This document shows, one piece after another, positions 48,516 to 62,362 of a stretch of 64,000 bases of DNA. Below the pieces are notes generated by a model. That model was not told the origin of the DNA. It did not search any database and saw only the letters and a list, made by a program, of their open reading frames with translations. Each line of letters starts with the position of its first letter. Within the stretch, counting starts at the first letter, position 1. The stretch lies in assembly GCF_009914755.1 (NCBI RefSeq), contig NC_060926.1; one strand, written 5' to 3'. The stretch comes from the human T2T-CHM13v2.0 reference genome, Homo sapiens. A program made the translations under genes and the position numbers.

Positions 48516-49581
48516 TTACAATTTGGCATGTTTTTGCAGTGGCTGGTACCAGTTGTTCCTTCCCATGTTTAGTGCTTCCTTCAGGAGCTCTTATAAGGCA
48601 GGCCTGGTGGTGACAAAATCTCTCAGCATTTGCTTGTCTGTAAAGGATTTTATTTCTCCTTCACTTATGAACCTTAGTTTGGCTGGATATGAAATTCTGG
48701 GTTGAAAATTCTTTTCTTCAAGAATGTTAAATGTTGGCTACCACTCTCTTCTGGCTTGTAGAGTTTCTGCCGAGAGATCAGCTGTTAGTCTGATGGGCTT
48801 CCCTTTGTGGGTAACCCGACCTCTCTCTCTGGCTGTGATGGGCTTCTCTTTGTGGGTAACCCGACCTCTCTCTCTGGCTGCCCTTAATATTTTTTCCTTC
48901 ATTTCAACTTTGGTGAATCTGACAATTATGTGTCTTGGAGTTGCCCTTCTTGAGGAGTATCTTTGTGGCGTTCTCTGTATTTCCTGAATTTGAATGTTGG
49001 CCTGCCTTGCTAGGTTGGGGAAGTTCTCCTGCATAATATCCTGCAGAGTGTTTTCCAACTTGGCTCCATTATCCCCGTCATTTTCAGGTACACCAATCAG
49101 ACGTAGATTTGGTCTTTTCTTATAGTCCCATATTTCTTGGAGCCTTTGTTCGTTTCTTTTACTCTTTTTTCTCTAAACTTCTCTTCTCGCTTCATTTCAT
49201 TCATTTAACCTTCAATCACTGATACCCTTTCTTCCACTTGATCAAATCGGCTACTCAAGCTTATGCATTCATCACATAGTTCTCGTGCCATGGTTTTCAG
49301 CTCCATCAGGTCATTTAAGGTCTTCTCTGTGCTGTTTATTCTAGTTAGCCATTTGTCTAGTCTTTTTTTCAAGGTTTTTAGCTTCTTTACAATGGGTTAG
49401 AACATCCTCCTTTAGTTCGGAGAAGTTTGTTATTACCGATCATCTGAAGCCTTCTTCTCTCAACTCGTCAAAGTCATTCTTTATCCAGCTTTGTTCTGCT
49501 GCTGGTGAGGAGCTGCATTCCTTTGGAGGAGAAGAGCTGCTCTGATTTTTAGAACTTTCAGCTTTTCTGCTCTATCCCTAT
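48516..49581 (-). pseudogene. ORF1: L1 ORF1, disrupted (start codon lost)
   Basis: ENTLQDIMQENFPNLARQANIQIQEIQRTPQRYSSRRATPRHIIVRF; expected ATG position reads ATA; no continuous frame. Confidence 0.9.
48791..48880. repeat. 45-bp tandem duplication within L1 ORF1
   Basis: tgatgggcttc(c/t)ctttgtgggtaacccgacctctctctctggctg x2, one mismatch. Confidence 0.95.
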
Positions 49582-50156
49582 CTTTGTGGTTTTATTTACC
49601 TTTGGTCTTTGATGATGGCGATGTACAGGTGGGGTTTTGGTGTGGATGTCCTTTCTGTTTGTTAGTTTTCCTTCTAACAGTCAGGACCCTCAGCTGCAGG
49701 TCTGTTGGAGTTTGCTGGAGGTCGACTCCAGACGCTGTTTGCCTGGGTAACACCAGCTGAGGCTGCAGAACAGCAAATATTGCAGAATGGCAAATGTTGC
49801 TGCCTGATCCTTCCTCTGGAAGCTTCGTCTCAGAGGGGCACCTGGCTGTATGAAGTGTCAGTCGGCCCCTACTGGGAGGTGTCTTGCAATTTGGCTACTC
49901 AAGGGTCAGGGACCCACTTGAGGAGGCAGTCTGTCCGTTCTCAGATCTCAAACTCTGTGCTGGGAGAACCACTACTCTCTTCAAAGATGTCAGACAGGGA
50001 CATTTAAGTCTGCAGAAGTTTCTGCTGCCTTTTGTTCATCTATGCCCTGCCCCCAGAGGTGGAGTCTACAGAGGCAGGCAGGCCTCCTTGAGCTGCAGTG
50101 GGCTCCACCCAATTCGAGCTTCCTGACCACTTTGTTTTCCTACTCAAGCCTCAGCA

Positions 50157-50420
50157 ATGGCAGACACCCCTCCTCCAGCCTCGCTGCCATCTTGCAGTTC
50201 TATCTCAGACTGCTGTGCTAGCAGTGAGCGAGGCTCCATGGGCATGGGACCCTCCGAGCCAGGCATGGGATATAATCTCCTGGTGTGCCATTTGCTAAGA
50301 CTGTTGGAAAAGCGCAGTATTAGGGTGGGAGTATACCGATTTTCCAGGTACCGTCTGTCACGGCTTCCCTTGGCTAAGAAAGGGAATTCCCCGACCCCTT
50401 GTGCTTCCAAGGTGAGGTGA
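50157..50420 (+). CDS. ORF0: LINE-1 antisense ORF0 homolog, open, 87 aa (expression unknown)
   Basis: MADTPPPASLPSCSSISDCCASSERGSMGMGPSEPGMGYNLLVCHLLRLLEKRSIRVGVYRFSR aligns with recalled L1HS ORF0 (MAGAPPPASLPPCSLISDCCAS...); ATG in gcaATGG context. Confidence 0.7.
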   Translation: MADTPPPASLPSCSSISDCCASSERGSMGMGPSEPGMGYNLLVCHLLRLLEKRSIRVGVYRFSRYRLSRLPLAKKGNSPTPCASKVR

Positions 50421-50624
50421 TGCCCCGCCCTGCTTCGGCTCACACTGCGTGGGCTACACCCACTGTCCGACAAGCTCCAGTGAGATGAACCTGGTACCTC
50501 AATTGGAAATGCAGAAATGACCCATCTTCTGCATCACTCATGCTTGGAACTGGAACTCTGAACAGATTCTTTTCAGCAGGCACAGCAGTTTAATTAATAT
50601 GGAAAATAACAATAATAATAATAA

Positions 50625-50957
50625 TGTATATTGAATGTTTGTGTCCAACAAAATTCATATGTTGAAACTGTAATCTCATTATTTGGAGGTGACGCCTTTG
50701 GGAGTTACTAGGTCGTGAGGGTTGATCCCTCATGAATGAGATCAGTGCCTTTATAAGAAGAAGCCATAGAGCTAGCTATCTCTCTTTTTACCATGTGAGG
50801 ATACTAGGAGAAGTTGGTAGTCTGCAGCCCAGAAGAGGGCCCTCCCCAGAAGCCAACCAGGCTGGCACTCCAATCTTGGGCTTCCAGCCTCCAGAACGGT
50901 GAGAAACAAATTTCTGTTGTTGACAAGTAATTTGTTATAGTAGCTCTAACTAAGACT
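50625..50957 (+). mobile_element. MLT1A-like solo LTR
   Basis: tgaatgtttgtgtcc...aaattcatatgttgaaac...ccctcatgaatg...cttccagcctccagaac...ttgttatagtagc...actaagac. Confidence 0.8.
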
Positions 50958-51038
50958 AGTAAAAATAATAAAGAAAATATTCACAGACATAATCAGGAAA
51001 TATTTCTCCGGGGCCTGACTTAGCCTAAGCTATTTCCA

Positions 51039-51342
<304 letters not shown>

Positions 51343-51559
51343 TAGAGGCCCCACAAAATGATAATGAACCAGATGAATAGTTTCTATGTAGCTTTTGAAG
51401 CAAACACTACAGGGTTGGTTGGCATATATATATTGCTAAGCAGGCAAAGCTTAAATTATGGACTTCAGATGCCCATTTTTACATTGGTTTCTAAACCCAT
51501 AACTTCATATAACTTCATCCTCTTCATCAGGAACCCAGTGTCTCGGGGTCCAAGGACAC

Positions 51560-51760
51560 CTTAGTGTGAGTGCCAGCTCTGCTACTCAGCAGCTGTGTAA
51601 TTCTGTGCAAATCATCTAACCTCTCAAAGCCTCAGTTTTGTTACCTTTAAAATGGGCCTAATGCCTTCCCCACAGAGAACCTAAAAATTAAAGATCAGAC
51701 TCAGGGTCTGACCCATTGAGTGACACTGAAAGCCCATGGCTTTCAAGAAATGTTACTTCC
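51560..51760 (+). mobile_element. MIR fragment
   Basis: cagctctgctact...gcaaatcatctaacctctc...gcctcagttt. Confidence 0.6.
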
Positions 51761-52692
51761 TTACTCCCAAATCCAAACCTGCTCTAAGGGAGTGATAACT
51801 GACTCTTAATTGTTGTAGGCACTATATTAGATATTGCTGAGTACACATTTTCACTCTTTCCACTAAACTGTGATTTTCATTTTATAAAAACTGTGTAATG
51901 ATTTTGTTGTTGTTGATCATTTGTTTTCCCCAAAGTGAAATGCAGAACCCAGGCTAGTAGCAGATAATAGCAGAGCCACTGTGGTTGAAATGGGGAGAGG
52001 GGTTCAGGGCTGGACCACTTGATATTCTGCACACCTGAGCCTCCTCTGCAGAGCAGAGCGCTCCCAGAACACAGCTTGAAAACCTCTGCATAGGCCATCA
52101 TGCTTCACAGGAACTGTTGCAAAAGGATCTCATTTATTAATGAGGCCATATCACAGGTTAATAACTCATTATGATGTATCCTCTCAATATGTTTGCATTT
52201 GCCTATTACCTAACTCTGAAGAATGTGTTTCTAAATATGAATATTCCAGCATAACACCAATCAGCTAGAGGTTATTTATTTTTCCCAACTTGGGGATGAG
52301 CTGAAAGGGTGGAGCAGTTGAGGTGTTGAGTACTTCTCAATATCTCTGTTTTCACCAACTGTGGAAAACTCTCTCTCTTGACTACCCATAAGTCTGGCTC
52401 TACCCAGAGAGAAGTAAACTGCTTTGGGCTTTGGAAGGCAAGAAGAAAATGGCTGTGGGTCTCTGTTTGTGCCCCATCTTATGGGAAGAGGCTGAGGGGG
52501 CAGAGATATTTGCTCAATCAACAAGGTGACAGCTCTTACAGTACCTGGAGGTGGGCAGACCTTCAGGACATCCTATGTTAATCCGACAGCAGTTTATGGA
52601 TTCATGAAAAGACCAGACAAACCTATATTTAAAGGGATTGCCCTTGGGGCAGACATCCGATTATTGACCAATGTATTAAAAGGTGAATAGAA

Positions 52693-52951
52693 AGGCAGTA
52701 CAACAAAGTAGTTAAGAGCAAGGGCTCTGGAATCAGAGGAGATTGGAATTCAGCTCTGATATGATTAGCTCTGTCACCTTGAACATATTCCTTACCCTCT
52801 ATTAGGCTCAGTTCTCTTGACTGTAAAATGAGAGTAGTCATATTGTTTACTCACAGGGTTGTTGTGAGATTTAGAAGACATAATGCATGTAAAGCCCTTA
52901 GCCCAGTGCCTGCTACTTAGTAAGGACTCAATAAATATAGCTATTAGTATT
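52693..52951 (+). mobile_element. MIR SINE, near full length
   Basis: aggcagt...gttaagagcaagggctctggaatcaga...ctgtaaaatg...cagggttgttgtgagatt...taatgcatgtaaagc...ctcaataaat. Confidence 0.85.
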
Positions 52952-54170
52952 CATGTTGGCCTCCTTATGCATTCAACTTTCTCCCCATTTGACAAAGTGA
53001 AAATATATTTAAGAGTACTTTGTGTTGTTGAATTGGTGCTACAATTTATTTAATGCTTAGAATTATCTGAGGTATAGGATAATACTTATTATGAGAAATA
53101 TTTAATCGTATCATTTAGTAATGGATGATTACACACATTAAAACCTCAATTTAATGTTATGTAGAATCACATGCTAAGGATCCACAACCAGAATATAATC
53201 ACCTGTGTAGACTGTACTTAGGTTACTTGGATATCGTGGCAATTATTAGTGGAAATAGAGAAATCCATTTTCAAGAGCTAAAGAAAGAGAAAGAAAGAAA
53301 GAAAAAAAGCCAGGATTGAACCTTGACTGACTTAGGTTGCTAAGACCTTGACTTTTGTCATATTGTAATTTTGAGCACACCATCTTTGCATCCCATCTTT
53401 GCATGGCCTTTGCAATGCCATCTTTGATTGCAGTAATTCTGTGCAATAAACTTTGTTCAGTATCCCACTATATTCCCAGGATTCTGCACAGTGAGAGGGG
53501 ACTTAGCAATATCTATAATTCAACCAAATTATTGAGAAACTATTGGGTTTGAAGCACTGTTATCTATTATTATCTTAATACACAATGTTCCTATAGCATT
53601 TAATGATTTTAAAATAATTTCTTTTATATATTTTCACATTTGATTCAACCTCTTTGAATCCCTATGAATTATCTAGGTGAGGATCAAAGTTTCTAATTTC
53701 TATCGCTTTTGTTTTAAATATATACTACCTAATTTAAGATCTAGAATACCAGTCTGTTTCCAGACTACTCACCAATCGACCCATTCACCTATCTTCTCTG
53801 TAATACCTGTAACACTGCAGAGTTGATGTACATAGTTCTTTACCTTTGCCCATTCTATTTCCTCAGTACCTGCCTTTAGAAAGGGTTTGATTAACAAAAA
53901 CAAAAATCTATATCTAATAAGAAAAATTAAATATATAACAAAACCTCAATTTTGTGTCCATTATTGATTCATATTTCTAGCCCTCTTGCTTCTTAATTAG
54001 CACTCTTTTTGTTAAGTCCCTTTATTTTCTCTCCATTTAACATAAACACATCAAGAGAGGTTTCTCTATGCAACTTTATGTTTAATTACTCTGCATTTTA
54101 TATCAACTGTTTACATTTTTATGATATAACAGATGTATGTTTATTCCTTCCCTCACAGTACATTAAATTG

Positions 54171-54228
54171 AAACAAACAAACAAAAAAAACACAAAAACC
54201 ACAACCAACAAACCAACAAACAAAAATA
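54171..54228. repeat. A/C-rich low-complexity (CAAA)n-like tract
   Basis: Visible. Confidence 0.8.
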
Positions 54229-54637
54229 CCCAACTTCCTGTGCAATTGCATCCCTTTAATACCTTACTTTGTTTTGACCACAAAGGATACTGAATGCAGT
54301 ATACCAAGGATACTGCTGGGGATACTGACTGCAGCTCTTCCTGTAACTGTAAAAGTTCACGATTTAAATGAATTCCTTTGCCCTCTTCTTCTGCCATAGA
54401 CATACTAATTCATCAGTTCATGCTTGATACTTGGAAAGAAGCTACACAATGCTCCTCTCTCCCCAGTCTCCTGGAGTCAACACTGAATATTTTTGACACA
54501 CTCAGGACGTCTGCCACATGGGCTCACAAATAATAGAAGACTCATCAGCTTTTATATGGCATCCACGTTTTTTCCTTCTGCCTCAAGGCAATTAATTTAA
54601 CAGTAAGTTGCCTAGTTTTTGCATTTTTTAAATTTTC

Positions 54638-54773
54638 AGCTGGGCATGGAGGCTCATGCCTGTAATCCTAGCACTTTGGGAGGCCAAGACTGGAGGACTG
54701 CTTGAGCTCAGGAGTTTGAGACCAGCCTGGGCAACATAGCAAGACCTCGGCTCTATTAAAAATAAAATTAAAG
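54638..54773 (+). mobile_element. FLAM_C free left Alu monomer
   Basis: Single ~135-bp arm with ggaggactgcttgagctcaggag and gggcaacatagcaagacc, followed by an A-rich tail. Confidence 0.85.
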
Positions 54774-55020
54774 AGTTAAGAAAAGATTCCTTCTTTGGGA
54801 TGGCCTTCATGGTTCTGGGTACTGCTGCATTTGTCATGGATAGTCACACTTTGCAGTGATTTCTTCCATGTTTGCTGCTTCTGTTGGACTTCTTGCTGCT
54901 GGTGTAGGAGCCCACCATATGTGTGCTGAAGCTCAGCTTGTACACCCTCTCATCAGAAGTTAGAATTCTTTTCTGCTATTTTAGAGTTATATATTTTCCA
55001 TCTGAGTATCTAAGCTTTAG

Positions 55021-55380
<360 letters not shown>

Positions 55381-57524
55381 CTTCCCGTTTTTATTAAAGA
55401 CTACCAGCTGCATATAATAGGAATCAAGCACATAGGTTCTGATAGCTCATTAAGTGTAGGATTACTGCCCTCTTTCAAGGACTACTACTTTCTTACTGGG
55501 ACAAATGTTGGCTTAAGTTCTTTCCCCAGATTGGATTTTCTTCTGCAGTAGAGGGGTGTATGGTAGAGAAGGAAGTGATATGGGGACCTCAGGCCAGCTG
55601 GCAAGTTGGAAAGAAATCCCATTTCTTACAATACCCCACCCTGCCCAAGTTAGGGGCTTACAATTCTGCTGACCCATGCTGGGGCACCATGTCCCAGGAA
55701 TGGCTAAGTGAAAGGTGATTTACCAATTCAGCGACTATACTAGAAAATGCAGACTGAGTCTAAATCTCCTTTCATGAGCCACTTATTCCTGATATACTCA
55801 TTTCCTGGCATTCAGCTTCCTTTCTTCCATTGGTACCTCTTCCCCTTAATTATTGAAAATTTCATGGAAGAAGGGTGGAAATGGATCCGATGCTGCACTA
55901 CCTTGGTTTGATTTTCCATGTGCTACATGTCTTATAAACTGCCTGAGCAATCAAAAAGATGAAGGAAAGGATGAGGTGGTATTGGACAGCCAAAGAGCTT
56001 TCAGATTAATGATCAAAATGTGTGCAAGACAGATCCTTTTGCTAGGATGCTTTTTATAGGTTTTTAATTTCTGAAATTTAATCATGCAGGTTTAATTGCC
56101 TCCAGTTGTATGGCTTTAAATTGAAGGAGTTTGGCTTTTTATCTAAATTGCTTCATAATAAAACCACTGCTTTTGAGAATGCTTACCAGTGCTCAGACTC
56201 CTGGAAGGCTTTGCCATTCCCCACCACTGCCAAACAGCCAACACTTGACATGTAGAATTATGGAGAGCAAACCAACACATCCCCTTTGCCCAAGCCAAAC
56301 ACAAGGGCATTTGTCAATACACAGTGAGATAGGAGTCAGGATGAAAAGCACTGGTGACAAAAACCAGGCTAGAAAATCAGCCATAGGCCCCATCATCTCA
56401 TCATCCTGGTCTATATTTTTTAAATTACTTTTCTGCCTCCAGAGTCCCAAATTCTGCTTATACACAAAGCAAGTCTTACTTCCACAATAAATTATTCTCA
56501 TACTCTACCTGATTTCAAATTATATCTTTATCTTATCACTTATATTTCCTTATACCATGCATAGTTTTGTTAATATTTAAATATTAAATTTGCTGTTTAT
56601 ATTTGCAAATCTTATATAATGCAAAGAGAAAGTCATGACTCAGATCTTCTAGAGACTCAGATCCTAAAGGTTAGGGTGAAGGAATTTAAGGTCCAAAGAA
56701 ATGCCATAGGTGACTCCTCTGAAATGGTACAACTAGTTAATGGCAAAGACAGAACTAGAATTTTGGTCTTCTAAAGCCCAGGCCCAAGCACTTTTTTCTT
56801 CTTCACTCTTGCTGTCACAATACATAAATTAGTTAGCTGGTACACAAACCCTAGGAAGCCAGGTGGGTGTACAAGGATGTACAAGAAAAACTCAAAAGTA
56901 TTTGTCATCTCATTGTAAATAAAGCTTACGTTCCCTATCAGGCAGTGATAACTTTATGCCTGGATCTCTTTAGCTATAATCTCAAATCCCACCAAAGCAC
57001 CTTCTTACACAGTTGGATTTGCAAATATGTACAATATAATATGTCAGCATTTTTGTTTTTGTTGTTTAATAAATGTTAAAGTCCTGAAATTTGAAAAAAA
57101 GAGAATGAGATTGTGGTTTCTTTTGAGATTTCATCTAAAATGACTGTGGACTTCTCCTAATTTGGGGGTTATATTAGTTTTGCTTGGATAGGATTTGTAT
57201 TCGGGAAAATCTCAGTAATTGATTGTACTCATGCAGCTCTCCATAATCTGTTTTTTTACATCCTAGGTTTCAGATACCCATCATGACCATATTATTATCT
57301 GTTTACTGAGTTTGTAAATTCTATGGGCTGTCCAGTGCACTGGAAAGATCAGGCAAATTGAGTTAAAGTTAGTGTTTCTCAGGATGTAACAGAGGCTTTC
57401 TTTGAGTGGTCTTTATTTCTGGAACGTAATGAAGAATACTTGTTTTCCAGGAGGCTTTTGGTCAATAAAGCGATAAACGAAAACATCAGGAAGTCAGGAT
57501 AGAGGAAGGGAAGAGAGAGGAATT

Positions 57525-57771
57525 GCTGGTGGCGCAATCTCGGCTCACAGCAACCTCTGCCTCCAGGGTTCAAGTGATTCTCCTGCCTCAGCCTCCCGAG
57601 TGGCTGGGATTATAGGCATGAGCCACCATGCCCAGCTAATTTTGTATATTTAGTAGAGATGGGTTTTCTCCATGTTGGTCAGGCTGGTCTCAAACTCCCG
57701 ACCTCAGGTGATCTGCCTGCCTTGGCCTCCCAAAGTGCTGGGATTACAGGCGTGAGCCACTGCGCCTGGCC
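57525..57771 (-). mobile_element. AluSp-like, lacking 3' end and poly-A
   Basis: ctaattttgta, tttctccatgttggtcagg and actcccgacctcagg diagnostics; no T-run at the left end. Confidence 0.88.
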
Positions 57772-58480
57772 CTATTTCTTACATATAAAATTTTCTCAGT
57801 CTCCTTAAACAGCCATATCACAGAACACTCAAGAGTTCTGTGTTCTTGTCACAGGACACTCTTTAATCTGTCTGTTGGAAGGAAAGAGTGACCACCACTT
57901 AGGATATATCCTAAAAGCAACTTTGCTTTCTACAGAATGAACTAGGCTCCCATCTAGTTTGGAAAATTTGATCCCATTTAAGGCTTTGAATCAATGCTCA
58001 TGCCTGTGGCTTCAGATGTGACTGATAATCTTAAAAAGAGGTATTATCCCAGCCTCCTTGGTGTTGTAGTTTGCCAGGTCCAAGGTAATCATACTGTTTA
58101 GATACCACACTTGAGTATATGCATTACGGGTAGTAAAGCTGACATATAAGGAGTTAAGAAGAAAGAAATCTGCCAGTGCCAGTTCCTAGTGTGCCATTGG
58201 CACTCAGTGCTCTTAGATGGCCCCTCGATTGTCCCAGCCAGAGAACCAGCCTTAGCTGCTCACTTCCCATGACTTGTTCTAGCCCTCTTGACACATAAAC
58301 TCTCTTGTCTTCTGTTCTCATGTCCCTAGAGCTTAGGATCCTGCTCATATCATAAAGAATACAGAAAGAAGGACACTCTCAACTGCCAGCTACCAAGGAG
58401 ACCCCACACTGCCACTTCTCAATTTATACCAACCACATCATCTTCATTAGCACCCACCCTTACCCTCTTCTCTTTTATAA

Positions 58481-58942
<462 letters not shown>

Positions 58943-61464
58943 ACAGCTGCATTTATTAATGCTACAAGAGACCTACCTCTAGTTGCTAAACTATTAGGCC
59001 CTCTTCAGTCAATTGATCACATCCTCAATTATACAGCTTTTTTTTTCTTTCCCACACCTTTCTTGCTTCCACAGATTAAATTTAATTGTCCTTTTAGAGC
59101 TGTTAAAATAGAAGGATCATTTCCACCTAACCCCCCTGCCCAGTTCTGTGCAGGATAAATAGCTTAAGAAAACTCAGCCTGCTGCATCCAAATCCCCACA
59201 CTGCACCAGCCTGGTCACTATCACATGGACCCCGTTCTAGTGTGTCAGTATCTTTCCTTAAGGGGGCCACACAATAAAATAAATGTTTGGTTCCATGAGT
59301 GGCCCCACCAGTGCCATGGAGGTCAGTGCTGTCTCCTCCTTGGGAATTTGTGTTGCTGTCCCCAAGTGACAACCATCCAGCAGGTTCACTCTCAGAGCTC
59401 CAACCTGGCCATGGCTACATTTGGAAAAGAAATTAAACATTTCTCTAAATATTGGAAAAGCAGAGCCCGATTGCCCTTTTCTCAACTTTGTTTCTTTTAA
59501 TCTAAACTGCAAACACAGGTCACACTTTGTGAAGAGAAATCTCATTTGTGTCTCTGGGCACTGCTTTGGGATTCAGAACTTAGGTTCTTAAGATTTATGA
59601 CAGACTGATGCTGTGAAATCAGTTGTTCCTGGCTGCAAATCATGAAATCAGCACCGAGTTGGCCATAAAAAATGAAAGTTTTATGGTAAGTGGTTTAAGA
59701 AAAATGCAGAATATGAGTCCTTTGTGATGTATATGTTTTAGAGCAGCAATTCCCTATTTTTAATTTTTTTTGAAAACATTCTCCATTGCCATAGTAGGAA
59801 AACATCATGAAGTAACTTCATTGAAAACAGCTATGTATATAGAATAGCATATAATGGTTCTGTCAGACTTATTTTCCTACTAGCTGAAGCATAAATGTAG
59901 GATGATGATTTTTTTTCCTGAGGAATTAGATTTTATTAAAATAGTTGCTTTGTATCTCATTCAGCCTTGAAGTCAAAGCAATGGGATCCTACATAAATGA
60001 AATTTGTTGATCTAGTGCAAGCTAATACAGAAATCAATTTCAATTTCCTTTGGATGTACTATTAGTGTTTATCTGATGGTGGATTTGTGTTGTTTTAAGT
60101 GATAGCTATAACAACCAAAAATACTGATTAGATACTAGGAGCCATTCTTGATCTCAATTCAGAAAGAGTGTGGCATTATCCTTTTTGTGTATAATGAATT
60201 GGTTCTGTATCACAGTTTTTAATTGATCATTCCCAATATTAAGTTCCTCCAAAAGTTTAATAATCTTTTTTTCTGTGGCATTCATTATCAGATGAGGATT
60301 GAGATAATCCATCCTTATGATGGCCTTCCATGACTTCAGCTAATGGGACTATGTGTTTTGTGGAACATACCTAAATTGCTAGGGTTAAAACAGCTCATTT
60401 GGATAATTACAGTTGGTCTCTCTTAATAGGCCTGTGATTTCATTCTATGTTCAATTAGACGAATACTTAACTATGACTTCATGATGAAGGGATAAAGGCA
60501 TGGTTTTAAACCGAACTCCTCTGAGGGACTGGAGGCCTTTTCCCTATGACTAGATCTTGAGAGTGTTACCAGAGGTTCAAGGTCACACAGCTGCCCTGAA
60601 ACTTGGGATGTTGGCTGTTCAAATGTGTTTGTTCGTGGCAGGTGCCACATCGGCACAGGTGACTTAGAGTGTCACTGACAATTTGTGGGGCTTCTGCCTA
60701 TGGTGGTGTACATCTCTCGGATCCAACTCACTGCGGCACTGGCATCACTCTGATTTGACTGGTCCCCCTGGAGTGAGGCAGTGCGTGGCTTATATGCTGT
60801 ACACAGACAGCCATGCTTTCTTGTCTTCATATCTCCCTCCACCCTACTTTTTCCCTCGAGCTTGAATTTGGGAAGCCTTTTCGTACAGGAAGGACCTGAT
60901 GGAGGTCCTGAGTGACAAATTCCCCAAACCTACTTCATGACTCTGGGGGCCAAAGGGACCTGAAATTCAGACTAAAATACTTGACATAGAAACATCTCCC
61001 TCTTTCTCATATCCCATCTCACACCTCTCCTTGGGCCCCTTCCCCTCCAGCTCATCTCCAGGATGCAGTGCATTTGTTCTGCCCTGCCCCGAGTGTCACC
61101 CCCCTTCACTTTTATTTCATTTCCCTAAAATCAACTCTAGGTTCCTCCTGCTTATAGAAGCATGGGTATGTTATCATGGATGCTAAACTTGGGTTAACAA
61201 CAGCTTTAGGATATATCATGTAGCAAATTCATTCGCAGGATTGCATGGGCACAGCTGTTGTAAATGCCACCTTCATTTTAGGATGATACGGAGTATTTGA
61301 ATACACAGATCATCCATTTCAAACCTCCGCTTAGGGTTCCCTTTATTATATCTTATTGCTTAGTGGATATAAATTAGTGTATTTTTGCCACTGTGGATGA
61401 ATTTTCATGGGCCTGTGTTTCCAAGAAGGGACACCACCTTAGGCATTATTTCATGAAATAATAA

Positions 61465-61640
61465 TAAGCACTACTGTTTTTTGAATACTTACCAAGTGTC
61501 AGGTGCTGAATGATAAGTTTACAAAATATTTTCTGACTTATTTTTGCCTCACATACTAATATAAGGAGGGGGTGATATAATCTTCATTTATAGATGAAGC
61601 ACTGGAAGCTTGTCCACGTTTGTTCTGACTTCTGCGTTTA
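61465..61640 (-). mobile_element. MIR fragment
   Basis: ttgaatacttacc...gtcaggtgct...catttatagatgaagcactgg. Confidence 0.55.
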
Positions 61641-62362
61641 GGGTCTTTTGTCTCACGTTACAATCCACGCCCAGCCCTTACTGATATTTCCAGGCATTCA
61701 GCCATCTATTTGATAATTATCCTTCTCCATAGAAGCACAGACAGGAGCTGCTTCTTGACTTTGCTGATGGCTCTTTCTGTCCATGGATGTGAGCCCGAGT
61801 TGTGCCTGTGGCGTGATGACCCACAAATGTTGGCCTAGGTCCTCATGATGTGCACAGGGCAGCCTCCCATGCTTTCTAGCTGTCCTGCTGTGGTTTTGCT
61901 TCACTTGGTTACAGATGTCAACCAGATTGACTGATGAAGAAACATAGTGAAGATGACATTTATGACTTGTCTGAGAGATCCAGGAGAAAGGTGGGTGTTT
62001 AGCAGCTTACTGATGTATAAAGACAAAATTCGAAAAAAACAAAAAACAAAAAAAAACAACTATTAAAGGACCCCAGTGGAGAATAACCACATGCTTAAGT
62101 TATTGTGTGATCTAGATATGGGGAAGTGTGGACAAATTTGAGAAAGGGAAGTTGCCCAGGCAGCATTTTTTTTTTCCTAAAATATGCCCTTTGATATGTG
62201 GCTGGTGGGTTCAGTGGTTAGTGTACAGTGTGTACTGTGTTTGAGTCCTATGTAGACCAAGCTGCTTTTCTGTATCAAGACCAAACTTGGACAAACTCTC
62301 CATGAGTGCACATGGTCAGGATCTGTGTTCAGCAAAATTTTGTTGTCAGTAAGACTGGCCAT

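Noticed and set aside
54230-54970. Coding-looking sequence either side of FLAM_C (MSMAEEEGKGIHLNRELLQLQEEL; hydrophobic plus-strand peptides), possible processed pseudogene
   Set aside because: No parent protein recognised, stops in the frames examined, and no correctly placed poly-A or TSD; BLASTX would settle it
61930-61976. C/D-box-like words (CTGATGA ... CTGA)
   Set aside because: Spacing only ~45 nt, imperfect C box and no convincing terminal stem; not a snoRNA
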